Shown: piece after piece, positions 50,471 to 59,973 of the stretch | Layout of the letters: the number at the start of each line of letters is the position of its first letter | Numbering within the stretch: the stretch's first letter is position 1 | DNA from: a virus | Taxonomy: Duplodnaviria > Caudoviricetes | Virus record (IMG/VR): IMGVR_UViG_2939020026_000003 | Coordinates: 32,001 to 96,000 of that record | DNA: 64,000 nucleotides | Reading direction: 5' to 3' (one strand) | Position numbers and translations under genes: made by a program | The notes under the pieces: model-generated | What the model saw: only the letters and a program-made list of their open reading frames with translations | Database searches by the model: none | Told to the model about the DNA's origin: nothing

Positions 50471-50631
50471 TGTCGTGATTCCTTCCGGGTATCGATGCTG
50501 AATTTATCTTGCGTGGCAAAAAAGGTAATGCAGCGAAAATAGCTTGTCAATTCGATTTCAGATAAAAGCACTGAGTTTCATAATCAGAAACGAAAAAAAG
50601 CCCCGCGAGGGGCTTTAGAAATGGAATTAGG

Positions 50632-51354
50632 TTATTCCTTCGTGGATATTGTGTAGCCCACGAATGCGGTTTTTTCCTCAATCGCGGTAGCAATGCTTCT
50701 ACGTGATGCAGCGTGTTCAACGCCCATTTTGTCTGCGAATGTCGCTGGAGATAGAATTTCCTTCCCTTCCTCATCCTTTTCGATAGCAAAACCAAGAAGT
50801 GTGAATGCATCTGCATCCTGAGTGAGGTTGGCTGCTCCTTTACCGATACGCATGACCAGCTCGGCGGATTCTTCGCCCTTAGTGACGATGTAGGTCACGG
50901 CTGGCTTTGGCTCGGTTTTAGGACGGCTGGTCTTAGTTTTGCCCGCTGGCGAGGTCAGTGCTTGGTGGCTATGGTTCAGCACCTTAAGAGCAAGCCCGTA
51001 GACGATCTCTTGGAATGCTGGGTCTTGGCGGAACGAAGACAGGATCTGCGAGATAGAAAACTTCGAGCTGATTTCAGCCAGCGCAGCAGCGTTTTCTTGC
51101 TCTGCATCCTTGATGGTTTTTAGCTCAATCATCAACTCATGAGCGGCGTCGTCGTCTGCGTTGCCAATAGCTGTTTTGATTTGTTCGCGAAGCTCACGAA
51201 TTTTTTGACTTTCGCCGGACGAATTAATCAGAGCGTCAAGAACGAACTCGCCAATGATTTTCGACTGTGGAACATGGTCAGATTTACCAATGGCGTTTTC
51301 GTACTGTTCTTTAAATGAAAGGGTTTCTTCGTTCGAAGCAATCGAATCAGTCAT
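50632..51354 (-). CDS. Hypothetical protein, paralog B of a tandem pair
   Basis: Shares LLGF and TAF.G.TI motifs with paralog A; terminator after. Confidence 0.8.
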   Translation of the reverse strand: MTDSIASNEETLSFKEQYENAIGKSDHVPQSKIIGEFVLDALINSSGESQKIRELREQIKTAIGNADDDAAHELMIELKTIKDAEQENAAALAEISSKFSISQILSSFRQDPAFQEIVYGLALKVLNHSHQALTSPAGKTKTSRPKTEPKPAVTYIVTKGEESAELVMRIGKGAANLTQDADAFTLLGFAIEKDEEGKEILSPATFADKMGVEHAASRRSIATAIEEKTAFVGYTISTKE

Positions 51355-51489
51355 TGTTTATCCGCTGAATTTGGGTCAAAAATTGGTGCGATAATATACC
51401 AAAAGAGCCGCGCTCTTTCAATTCAAATGTCATGGTCAAATTAAAAGCGTCAAAAATGGTATAATTTATACATAACAAAATTACAAATT

Positions 51490-52797
51490 ATGGCGGCTCT
51501 CAATCCACTTAATACAATAATGAATCGCTTACGAAAAACCAATACTTCCAATCAGCCGCTTAATCCAGACCTGTTGCCTCCAGACGATGATGAGCCGGCT
51601 GAAAACGGGATGAAGTCAGAAATAGACGTCGATAATGAATATGGAACTCTGTCTGGACATAGAATCACTTCTGGGATCAAAAAGAACGGTAGTGAGAAAT
51701 ACGACAAGCCGACTGAGGAAGCGAAGATTAAATTCGATGCGATTCTCAAAGAATATTGTGAGAAGTACCAGCTAACAAGTCATTACAATCCGCTCTACGG
51801 AAACTATTTGTTGAAAGACGCGCAAGGGAAGGGCGTGTATAACGTCAAGGAACATGGTGAATTCAGGCACAATGGCTATGACATTTTAGGCGATCATTAC
51901 GAAGACATGGTGCGTATCTCAGCGCGTCAGTTCTTGAAGAATAATCTGAAAGTCTGTCCATTCGTTGAAGAGAATGACCCTAAAATTCCAGCGGCAATGC
52001 AAGAAGCAAATCTACGTTTGACAATCGAAATCATGCTTGGGGAAGGTGTTGAGTTCGAGCGCTTGAAAATCAATAGCAAGACGTGGAGGCACATTTTAGA
52101 CGACTACAAGCCGAAAGAAGAAAATAAAAATGAGTTGCCTGAGAATGAGGTCAGTGGAATTGCACACGCTACACCACAAGCAAATGCGCCTCCTGCCGTT
52201 GAAGCTGACAAAACGGTAAATCAACCCAAATCTGAGGATAAACCAACGACTGTTGATGAAATTTACCCGGATACGAAGGTCGTATCGTGGCTGGATTCAA
52301 TGGCAATCGAAACTGTTCTAAATAAAGATAAGCCTGCAGAGCCTGTCACTCATGATGATGTGGTGAGTACCAAGAAGCCTGAATTCAAAGAAGAAGAGGA
52401 AAAGGCTAGGCTTGAAAAAGAGCTTCGTTGGGCACTCGATACAGCGGCTGGAAACGTAGGACTTCTCCTTAAACAGAACGACAGTTTTGCGGCGAGGAAT
52501 TATCAAGTCGAATTCTCGGCAGATGGTGAGTCTGTGACCATCCAAAACGCACAGCCTGCAGCTGACAACACTATCCATAAAGTGACGTTGCAGACGGCTG
52601 AGATTCCAGATGGGAAATTGTACAAAGAAGAGGCAATTGCTTTCTATGCAGATAAGCTTGGTAAGCCAGCTCCAGCCACTAATGCCGCTGATTTTGATGC
52701 GTTGTTCGACCCAAAGGTCCACTCTACTGAGAAGAAGGTAGAAGAAGCGGCTGAACCTGAGCCAGAGGCTAAGAAAAAGACGAAGCTCAAAATATGA
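51490..52797 (+). CDS. Hypothetical protein with basic C-terminal tail
   Basis: 435 aa; perfect promoter motif; ends EPEAKKKTKLKI. Confidence 0.8.
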   Translation: MAALNPLNTIMNRLRKTNTSNQPLNPDLLPPDDDEPAENGMKSEIDVDNEYGTLSGHRITSGIKKNGSEKYDKPTEEAKIKFDAILKEYCEKYQLTSHYNPLYGNYLLKDAQGKGVYNVKEHGEFRHNGYDILGDHYEDMVRISARQFLKNNLKVCPFVEENDPKIPAAMQEANLRLTIEIMLGEGVEFERLKINSKTWRHILDDYKPKEENKNELPENEVSGIAHATPQANAPPAVEADKTVNQPKSEDKPTTVDEIYPDTKVVSWLDSMAIETVLNKDKPAEPVTHDDVVSTKKPEFKEEEEKARLEKELRWALDTAAGNVGLLLKQNDSFAARNYQVEFSADGESVTIQNAQPAADNTIHKVTLQTAEIPDGKLYKEEAIAFYADKLGKPAPATNAADFDALFDPKVHSTEKKVEEAAEPEPEAKKKTKLKI

Positions 52798-53462
52798 TCA
52801 GTCTATTCATCAAATCCAAGCGACCAGCGAAGGTCATAGATGAGAGCATCCTCACAGATGCTTTTGTCAAAGCTGTTAAAGAAAGGCTTGTGAGGTGCCT
52901 TTTAAGATCAGTGCATGAGGTTCCTATCATCGTGCCGGTGTCCAACGTTCACTCGCCCAACGGGCGGGAGTGGCTTTTGGCTGCTGGAGAGGGCTACCAG
53001 ATCCGCGACATGGCGCATCTGCAGGCGAAGCTACTGAAAGGGATGGTAGTGAACCTGGCTCTGGAATTTTCTATCAGTGCAACAGACGAAGGGCAGTTCT
53101 GCCTGTCTGTCCTGCTCGATGAGTCGCAGAGCCTCATCCAGACCGTGATAGCCACAACGGACAGAGTGATTGGGGATTTGCCCGAGGATCTGGCGAGCGG
53201 TGCATTGGAGCCTCTACAAACTTCGTATCTCAGCACCTTGTCACGCTACCTTGTGAAAGATCTGAACGACTACCTGACTGACAGCCCGCGCCTCACAGAA
53301 GCTCTAGCCCGCTTGGAAGGCTCGAAAGGTCCACACCTTGTCAGCGTTGCCGGAGGCTTGAAAAGCATCTTGGACAGGACATTACAGAAGGACAAGCCCG
53401 TTCTGTTCGATGACCTGTACACCCGAGACACGTCAAACACGTTCAACAAAGAAGCCCAATGA
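52794..53462 (+). CDS. Hypothetical protein
   Basis: ATGA overlap; bidirectional terminator after. Confidence 0.7.
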   Translation: MISLFIKSKRPAKVIDESILTDAFVKAVKERLVRCLLRSVHEVPIIVPVSNVHSPNGREWLLAAGEGYQIRDMAHLQAKLLKGMVVNLALEFSISATDEGQFCLSVLLDESQSLIQTVIATTDRVIGDLPEDLASGALEPLQTSYLSTLSRYLVKDLNDYLTDSPRLTEALARLEGSKGPHLVSVAGGLKSILDRTLQKDKPVLFDDLYTRDTSNTFNKEAQ

Positions 53463-53883
53463 AGGGCTTTTTTCACAATTGGGGTAGGTGGCTATCAACG
53501 CCTGCCGCTGGTGGTAGACGGTCTTCTTCCAGCTCCACGATGAGAGATGCCAAATGGTATTTCTTGAGGTTCTTTCCGCTAAACAACTCCATCACATGGA
53601 ACGGCGTCAGAACGCTGCATTTGTTGTATGAAAAACCGTTTTTCAAATAGGCTTGGTCGAGGAAGTGAAGGTTTTGAGCGTAATGAGGATTGTCTTCGTC
53701 AGGCGTCAATAAGGTTCTTCTGAACAGGCTATAGCGACTGTCCAGCATCGCAAAATACCTTTCAATCTCAGGGCGAAGGGCGCTAATCATCGCAGGATCG
53801 AAACTGTCTTTCTTCTTTTGGGTTCTGATTATTTCCATGATGTAGCTTGATGAGAAATTCTGCTCGACGGGCATAAAGCTTAG

Positions 53884-55092
53884 GGAGGCGCTGCAAAAAT
53901 AGCCAACTGTCCCCACCCTTGGCACACTAAGTTCCTTCAACAGCCTCCCTCTCCGTGAGCGTTACGCGCGTGCAGAAGACCTTCTCCGAACTCGAATATA
54001 CCGGCAAGAAAAAGCAGACTCGCCGAGATCGCTTCCTGGCTGACCTTGAACAGTTGGTGCCCTGGGCCCTGCTGGAGGCGCAAGTGGCGCCGTTTTATAG
54101 CAACACCGCAGGCAAGCGCGGACGCCCTGCGATAGGGGTGTCGCGCATGTTGCGCATGTACGTCGTGCAGCAGTGTTTCGGTTTCTCCGATGAAGGTTGC
54201 GAAGATGCCGTCTACGACAGCCAGGCCATCCGCGGTTTTATGGGTATCGACCTGGGTCGCGAGTCTGCACCGGATGCCACCACCTTGCTGCGTTTTCGCC
54301 GCTTGCTGGAAGTCCATCAGCTAACCCGGCTGCTGTTTGAAACGATTAACCAGCATCTGGCCAGCCGGGGGCTGCTGCTCAAGGAAGGCACTATCGTCGA
54401 CGCTACTCTGATCGCCGCGCCGCCCTCGGTCAAGAACCGAGAAGGCAAGCGTGATCCTGAGATGCATCAGGCCAGGAAAGGCAATCAATGGCACTTTGGG
54501 ATGAAGGCCCACATTGGTGTAGACGCCACGTCGGGGCTGGTGCACAGCGTAGTAGGGACGGCCGCTAACGTGGCGGATGTCACCCAGGTTGGCCAGTTGC
54601 TTCACGGTGACGAAACCTATGTTTCGGGTGACGCTGGATACACCGGTGCGGCCAAGCGACCGGAGCATGCTGAACGGGACGTTATCTGGTCGATTGCAGA
54701 ACGGCCAAGCAGTTACAAGCAGCACGGCGAAGGCAGCGTGCTGTATCGGGTCAAGCGCAAAATTGAATATGCCAAGGCGCAACTGCGTGCCAAGGTCGAG
54801 CACCCCTTCCAGGTAATCAAGGTGCGCTTCAATCATCGCAAGGTTCGCTACCGTGGGCTGGAAAAGAATACAGCGCAGTTGTTCAGTTTGTTTGGGTTGG
54901 CCAATCTGATGCTGGCCAAGCGGTATTTACAACAGACGGCAGGATAAATCCGTCTGAAAGGCGGGACTGGCCCGCCTTTCAGCAAAATGAGGGCAGAAAT
55001 CTGCTCGAGAAACGTAAAATAAGGCCGGCAGGTTGAAAAAAACCGGCTTGGAAATGGGGACGGTGCGAACGGGTTAATTGTTCAGCGTCTCC
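53884..55092 (+). mobile_element. IS5-family element, copy 5
   Basis: Target duplication TTAG at 53880-53883 and 55093-55096. Confidence 0.97.
53955..54947 (+). CDS. IS5-family DDE transposase
   Basis: Identical protein. Confidence 0.97.
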   Translation: MSVTRVQKTFSELEYTGKKKQTRRDRFLADLEQLVPWALLEAQVAPFYSNTAGKRGRPAIGVSRMLRMYVVQQCFGFSDEGCEDAVYDSQAIRGFMGIDLGRESAPDATTLLRFRRLLEVHQLTRLLFETINQHLASRGLLLKEGTIVDATLIAAPPSVKNREGKRDPEMHQARKGNQWHFGMKAHIGVDATSGLVHSVVGTAANVADVTQVGQLLHGDETYVSGDAGYTGAAKRPEHAERDVIWSIAERPSSYKQHGEGSVLYRVKRKIEYAKAQLRAKVEHPFQVIKVRFNHRKVRYRGLEKNTAQLFSLFGLANLMLAKRYLQQTAG

Positions 55093-55370
55093 TTAGGTGA
55101 TTGTCGATTGTTTTGACTATATCATCATCGTATAGATTGATGGTTTTTCTCAAGTCATCCCTGTCTAGCTCGAATCTTGTCCTATTTCGAGCGGGTGAAA
55201 GGCTTTCAACTGGCTTAGCCTTTAGATCCGATATGTGTTGCTGCACGGCGCTAGGCGTCTCAACAGGTCCAAAGCTCATATTGTCAATATCCAGATCGTC
55301 AAATTCAATCGACTTCAGAGCAAGCTGCTCTTTCTTTATTTTAGTAAAGTCATTTTCAGTGCTGGACATA

Positions 55371-55802
55371 TCAAACCTCCTTAATATTTTTCTTTGCCGT
55401 TAGGTATTTGTTCAAGCCATGCCCAGCAGCGATTGGTAAGCCAACAAACGCTAAAAGTCCGAAAATTGTCATTGGGGCTTGCTTGTGGAATTCAGCAAAT
55501 GTCACTAGCCAATCGACGAAGGAGAAATCAAACGCAAGCTGAAAGAATTTGCTTGAAATGAGCAGGGCAGCAAAAGCGTAGAATGAGATTCGTGAGATCT
55601 TGTATGTGTCGATTTTCTTGGTTAGGTGAAAAATGACATTTGCGATAATAAGCAATACAGCCACTTCGAGATAGTTGTTAATGCTCGCTTCCATTCCTTT
55701 CGTCATGAAGAAAAATATTGAAATGTTAGCGATGACCGGGAAAAGGCTTTTGTCAGATGCGAACCATGCGGCTACAGATTTTGGTGTGTTAAGTATGTTC
55801 AT
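55371..55802 (-). CDS. Hypothetical membrane protein (about 4 TM)
   Basis: Hydrophobic segments; promoter motif. Confidence 0.75.
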   Translation of the reverse strand: MNILNTPKSVAAWFASDKSLFPVIANISIFFFMTKGMEASINNYLEVAVLLIIANVIFHLTKKIDTYKISRISFYAFAALLISSKFFQLAFDFSFVDWLVTFAEFHKQAPMTIFGLLAFVGLPIAAGHGLNKYLTAKKNIKEV

Positions 55803-55828
55803 TGTTAAAAAATTGGTTATTACTGCAA

Positions 55829-56626
55829 TTATACCATTTGGTTGACGAAATCTTCTTGTTCGAGGCGTAGCGCATACAAAAATGCTCGACGGTCAGGGTT
55901 GCTGTCGTTTGTGAACGCACCAACGACTTCGCACGAAGCGGAATCAATAATGATAAAGCACGAAATCTTGTCAGCCCCTTTCTCACGCAGCATTAGCATT
56001 GTGTGTGGCTTTAGGGTCTGAAACATCCCACGCTTGAGCGGTTCAGATGACTTGCCCGACTCATGGATAAGCTCGATTTCATAGTTGGGTATTTGTGAGG
56101 TGTACGGCTCCATCGCTTCGATCAAACTCGTTGTATACAGGCTTGCTGGCTCTGCCAGAGGCTTTTTGTACAGCAGATCAAAACGACTGTCGGTGAAGGA
56201 TTTTTCGTACTTCCAATTCTTCCCCGTGTCCAGATCCACAATGTTCGAGAATAGTTGGCTGAAATTCTCTAGAAAATAAAGCTCGGCTTCGTCGGGCTGG
56301 ATTCCTTTTAAGGCGCGTCTGAAATGCCACTGACTGTGTCCGATGGTTTCTACTCTGTGTCCCAAAGCCAATCTATCAAGGTGCGTGTCAATCGCTTCGT
56401 TGGGCAAGAAGTGGCAAGCAATATATTCGTGCTTGTCGATTATATCGTTTCTATATCTTTTGATGAGAAGTAGGTGTTTTGGATTGCATTTGTAGTTGCG
56501 GAATTTAAGCGAATTTACATACTTATCCACCTTTGTTATTGCTGGGATTTTGACTGGCACGCTTTTGCAGAAATGTCGAAATGGTAAGTCGTTTTCGCAT
56601 AATAAATCATCAATATTAAGTGTCAT
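55829..56626 (-). CDS. Hypothetical protein
   Basis: Start MTLNIDD chosen from the promoter-motif spacing. Confidence 0.7.
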   Translation of the reverse strand: MTLNIDDLLCENDLPFRHFCKSVPVKIPAITKVDKYVNSLKFRNYKCNPKHLLLIKRYRNDIIDKHEYIACHFLPNEAIDTHLDRLALGHRVETIGHSQWHFRRALKGIQPDEAELYFLENFSQLFSNIVDLDTGKNWKYEKSFTDSRFDLLYKKPLAEPASLYTTSLIEAMEPYTSQIPNYEIELIHESGKSSEPLKRGMFQTLKPHTMLMLREKGADKISCFIIIDSASCEVVGAFTNDSNPDRRAFLYALRLEQEDFVNQMV

Positions 56627-56650
56627 GGTTGTTTGTTTCAGGTTTAGCAT

Positions 56651-56677
56651 ATTATACCATTTGCGACATGCTATAAT
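56651..56677. promoter_or_regulatory. Back-to-back divergent extended -10 promoters
   Basis: ATTATACCATTT-GCG-ACATGCTATAAT. Confidence 0.75.
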
Positions 56678-56700
56678 GAGCATAAATAAACTGTTAAATT

Positions 56701-57852
56701 ATGAATGAATGCGAATTAAAATCTTTGCCTGATATGGATTTCATCTCTGAACACAAAGAGCCGGAGATAAAGCAATTGGATTTCGGTCCAGCATCTGTAG
56801 AAAAATCTTCAATCCTAGAACGTTCCGTTGTGCTTGTTCAGTCCTTGAAAAATCTCGGCATCGCCTGCGAGTCAATGTCTCAAGCTAAAAAGCTTATGGC
56901 TGACACACCAGTGGAGAGGCTAGAAGGCGATTTACTGACCTATCAATTCGAGCCTGAGCCAGTGGTTGAGCAAAGCACGCCGAACGCGCCTGTGGCGCAT
57001 TCTGAATGGGGTACGGCTGGAATCGGTAGCTCCGACGACGATGATGAGGAAGAGCAAAAGCAAGAAGAGCCATTGGAGGATGTTGAAACAGATCCTCACA
57101 CAGACGTAGATGAGTCGTTCTTTGTCGATGCTGATGAGGAAGCCCCGGTAGACGAAGCTCAAGCCTCTGATGCATTGATGGCAGAATCCCTCGTAGAGGA
57201 TGTACACCACGTAGAAGCACCAGTGCAGTTCGATGCCTCTGAATCTGTAAAGGTTGTAGCCCTAGCAGAGCAAGCCCCTGTATCCACCACAGACGACCTC
57301 ACAGTGCCCGGTGTAGCTGATTATGAGCCTGTCTACGAGTCCTTCATCCCTGAGCCTAACATTGAGGTTCCTGCGCACGTAGAAGCTGAATTCAAGGACG
57401 TGTTGCCATTCCTAGCGCCTTCGCCAGTGGAGCCGGTAGAAGACGTTCAGGAAGCGGTTATGACTGCCATAGAGGTGTTTGATGCTGCTGTGTTTGAGTC
57501 GAAGCCTTTGCCCAAGCCCGTGCCTACTGCGCTGGATAGGCAGCTTCGTCTTGCAGAGAAGGATTCAGTGAGTGCTGTGAAGCTCGAATTCATGACAGAT
57601 GAGACTCACGCACGTTTCCACTCCCTTGAAACCCGAGAGCTAAATTTCAGACGCTTGGCGTACAAAAGCTTGAAAGAGTCTGCTGAGCTGACAGAGGGCT
57701 TGAAGGCTTCCATCGAAGCTCTCGATTTCCCGGCGATTGAAAAATTCTTGAAGGTGCTGAATAAATCAGTGTATTACAAAAGGTTGAGCGAGGATCTGGA
57801 AACCACTGTGCGTGATGTGATGCGCAGAAGCCAAAAGCGATGGGGCAAATAA
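56701..57852 (+). CDS. Hypothetical protein with long acidic low-complexity centre
   Basis: 383 aa; E/D/P/V-rich middle, helical ends. Confidence 0.75.
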   Translation: MNECELKSLPDMDFISEHKEPEIKQLDFGPASVEKSSILERSVVLVQSLKNLGIACESMSQAKKLMADTPVERLEGDLLTYQFEPEPVVEQSTPNAPVAHSEWGTAGIGSSDDDDEEEQKQEEPLEDVETDPHTDVDESFFVDADEEAPVDEAQASDALMAESLVEDVHHVEAPVQFDASESVKVVALAEQAPVSTTDDLTVPGVADYEPVYESFIPEPNIEVPAHVEAEFKDVLPFLAPSPVEPVEDVQEAVMTAIEVFDAAVFESKPLPKPVPTALDRQLRLAEKDSVSAVKLEFMTDETHARFHSLETRELNFRRLAYKSLKESAELTEGLKASIEALDFPAIEKFLKVLNKSVYYKRLSEDLETTVRDVMRRSQKRWGK

Positions 57853-57892
57853 CTCACGCTCAAAAAGAAACCCTCAAGCTGAGGGTTTCGTT

Positions 57893-58675
57893 TTACCAAT
57901 TTACGCCGAGCTTTTGTAGCTGTTCCATTACAACGGTAGCCGTGTGTGGCAAGTCTACAATCAGAACTGCGAATGTCATTATCCAAAGATTTTTCCAATA
58001 CGAATCTCTGTTGCTACCGTCCGAGAATTTTCTCAAACCATTCAATCCGATGAAGAAATAGATAACACCCAGCCCTTGAAACAGGTAGACAATTGTCTTG
58101 AGATTGTCAAGGAATTTGGTTAACGCATCGCTATCTTCTTTGAGGACTCTATCTTTCAATACGCCATTTATTTCGCTTGTCGCTGTGTCCCAACAACTGC
58201 TGCCCGACGAAATCTTGCTTGCTAGCTCGCTATCTGAAACAAAGCACATTCCAGTGCCATCCCCACGGATGGTGTGAAGCATCGTGTTCAAAGTCGATGA
58301 GCCTGCAAGCATTAGGAAACCAACAAGAACAAGGGCAATAGCCTTACCTTTGTTTCGGTTGTTTTGTTCAGCAATCAGCCTTAGCTCATAGAACCCCATC
58401 AAAAGGGTTGCAGCCCCCACAAGCATGACTCCGGCGTAGAAGCACCAGATGACGGCAGAGATTAAATCGTCCTGTGCGCTCTGTGCTGATGATGAGGTCG
58501 TGCCCGTTGCCGTTTCGCCTGACAAGCCACCAGTCGTTACCAGTGGGGTAGAAAGGGAATCTTTTTGAGGCGTGATAATTACGTCAGAGTTATCGGCTCT
58601 TGCACCCATCGACAAGAAAAGCACAAAAGCCATTATCGCTATTAATGCGATTTTATTTAGTAATATATACTTCAT
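57893..58675 (-). CDS. IcmC/DotE (TraQ)-like type IVB secretion membrane protein
   Basis: Signal peptide, then two repeats of TM-G...G...L-loop-TM (LVGAATLLMGFYEL; QGLGVIYFFIGLNGL). Confidence 0.65.
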   Translation of the reverse strand: MKYILLNKIALIAIMAFVLFLSMGARADNSDVIITPQKDSLSTPLVTTGGLSGETATGTTSSSAQSAQDDLISAVIWCFYAGVMLVGAATLLMGFYELRLIAEQNNRNKGKAIALVLVGFLMLAGSSTLNTMLHTIRGDGTGMCFVSDSELASKISSGSSCWDTATSEINGVLKDRVLKEDSDALTKFLDNLKTIVYLFQGLGVIYFFIGLNGLRKFSDGSNRDSYWKNLWIMTFAVLIVDLPHTATVVMEQLQKLGVNW

Positions 58676-58698
58676 TCGAGTTTATATTTGTTTCGCTT

Positions 58699-58733
58699 AT
58701 TATGCCATTTTGGGTTTTCCAAAATGGTAAAAT
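58699..58733. promoter_or_regulatory. Palindromic divergent promoter pair
   Basis: ATTATGCCATTT-11 nt-AAATGGTAAAAT. Confidence 0.7.
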
Positions 58734-58759
58734 ATGGCTAACAACAAACATGCATATGA

Positions 58760-59068
58760 ATGAACGTATTAATTGAAAGTGAAGAAGCAAGGAAAACAAA
58801 GGAAAAAGCGCTTGTCGAGCTGAACGAGAAAGGCGTTTTTTACGCTGAGGTCGTGCGGGGCGGTTTGTCTCTTTTCGTTAAATTGGTCATTGCTTTTGAT
58901 AAGAAGAAATACTCTGTTTTAGCCAGTCGCCTAAAACCTATCACGAAAGTCCATAGCGTAAGCCCTCGCTTCGTTGATGGATTCCGTGTGGATAACAATA
59001 TGGTAAGTCTCAAAAGACTGAGCGAGGTGAGTGACGAAATCATCAATACATTGGAGGTGGTTTCATGA
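58760..59068 (+). CDS. Hypothetical protein
   Basis: Promoter motif 26 nt upstream. Confidence 0.7.
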   Translation: MNVLIESEEARKTKEKALVELNEKGVFYAEVVRGGLSLFVKLVIAFDKKKYSVLASRLKPITKVHSVSPRFVDGFRVDNNMVSLKRLSEVSDEIINTLEVVS

Positions 59069-59310
59069 TGACAAAATTGAGAGAGCTTGAGCGTGCGAAG
59101 CTAGACGCCGATTGGATAGACCCAGCCCAAGTGACAGAAGCGAAACGCAAAGCAGTAGAAGCGGCATGGAAAGAAAACGAGAACGCGCCGATAGAGGTTG
59201 AAAAGAGGTTGAAGGCTAACAAAGCAGAATTGAAAGCCCTGATGCCCTACATCAAAACGCTACGCAAAAAGCCGCTTTGGGATGAAATGCAGAAACAGAG
59301 GCCAGCATGA
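59065..59310 (+). CDS. Hypothetical protein
   Basis: ATGA overlap, GGAGG RBS, terminator after. Confidence 0.65.
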   Translation: MMTKLRELERAKLDADWIDPAQVTEAKRKAVEAAWKENENAPIEVEKRLKANKAELKALMPYIKTLRKKPLWDEMQKQRPA

Positions 59311-59403
59311 GCTGGTTTTTTATCGGCTTTTGTCTCTTAAGTGAAAATTGCGGGAAGTCAAAATGCTATAATTCGACTATAAACCAAATAATATAGAGTC
59401 GAA

Positions 59404-59790
59404 ATGAAATATGAACATAAATACGATGAAGTTGACGCAAGCGACGTAATCAAGAACAAGCCAGTCTATCGAGGCATCTGTCTTTTAAATGAAACTGGAA
59501 AGAAGCGCGTCAAAGATATGAAAGGTGCCCGATCAGATCTGATGGATAGGGTTCTTCAATTTGCATACGCGTATGAAAAACACTATTTAAATGAGGACGG
59601 CGACTACGATCTCATGCTGGACGGCATACCGGCTTACGAGCCGCCTTCAAAAATCCAGTGCTTCAATTATGCAAAAGGCATGGTGCAAAGCGAATGTGAC
59701 GGTGGATACGATGAGTTTGGAAATCTCACAAGATACTTATTGACGAAATTCGAAAAAGACGAAATTTGGAAAATATTCGCTGGTAGATGA
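59404..59790 (+). CDS. Hypothetical protein
   Basis: AAATGCTATAAT upstream. Confidence 0.7.
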   Translation: MKYEHKYDEVDASDVIKNKPVYRGICLLNETGKKRVKDMKGARSDLMDRVLQFAYAYEKHYLNEDGDYDLMLDGIPAYEPPSKIQCFNYAKGMVQSECDGGYDEFGNLTRYLLTKFEKDEIWKIFAGR

Positions 59791-59842
59791 AAATAAAAGA
59801 CTTAACAGGCTTTTTCTCGTTTTGAAATGTTATGCTGTAATA

Positions 59843-59920
59843 GTAAGCACTTATGGGAATTTGGGCTTTCATTTTTGAAAATTGCTGAGTGGTGAGGTTA
59901 CAGAGCTTCGGCTCTGTTTT
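59843..59920 (+). ncRNA. Candidate small RNA 2
   Basis: AAATGTTATGCT at 59825-59836, long imperfect hairpin, terminator ACAGAGC-TTCG-GCTCTGT-TTT. Confidence 0.45.
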
Positions 59921-59973
59921 CGTTTCTGCAATTTTGAAATGGTATGATTAGCTCATAACAAGCAAAAAATAAC

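Larger units (their letters stand above)
53473..55369 (-). pseudogene. Hypothetical gene (227 aa rejoined) split by IS5 copy 5
   Basis: In-frame join ...TIDNHL|SFMPVEQ... Confidence 0.75.

Noticed and set aside
21213-55092. IS5 composite transposon or IS-mediated inversion
   Set aside because: Each insertion has its own matching target duplication and each broken gene rejoins in frame.
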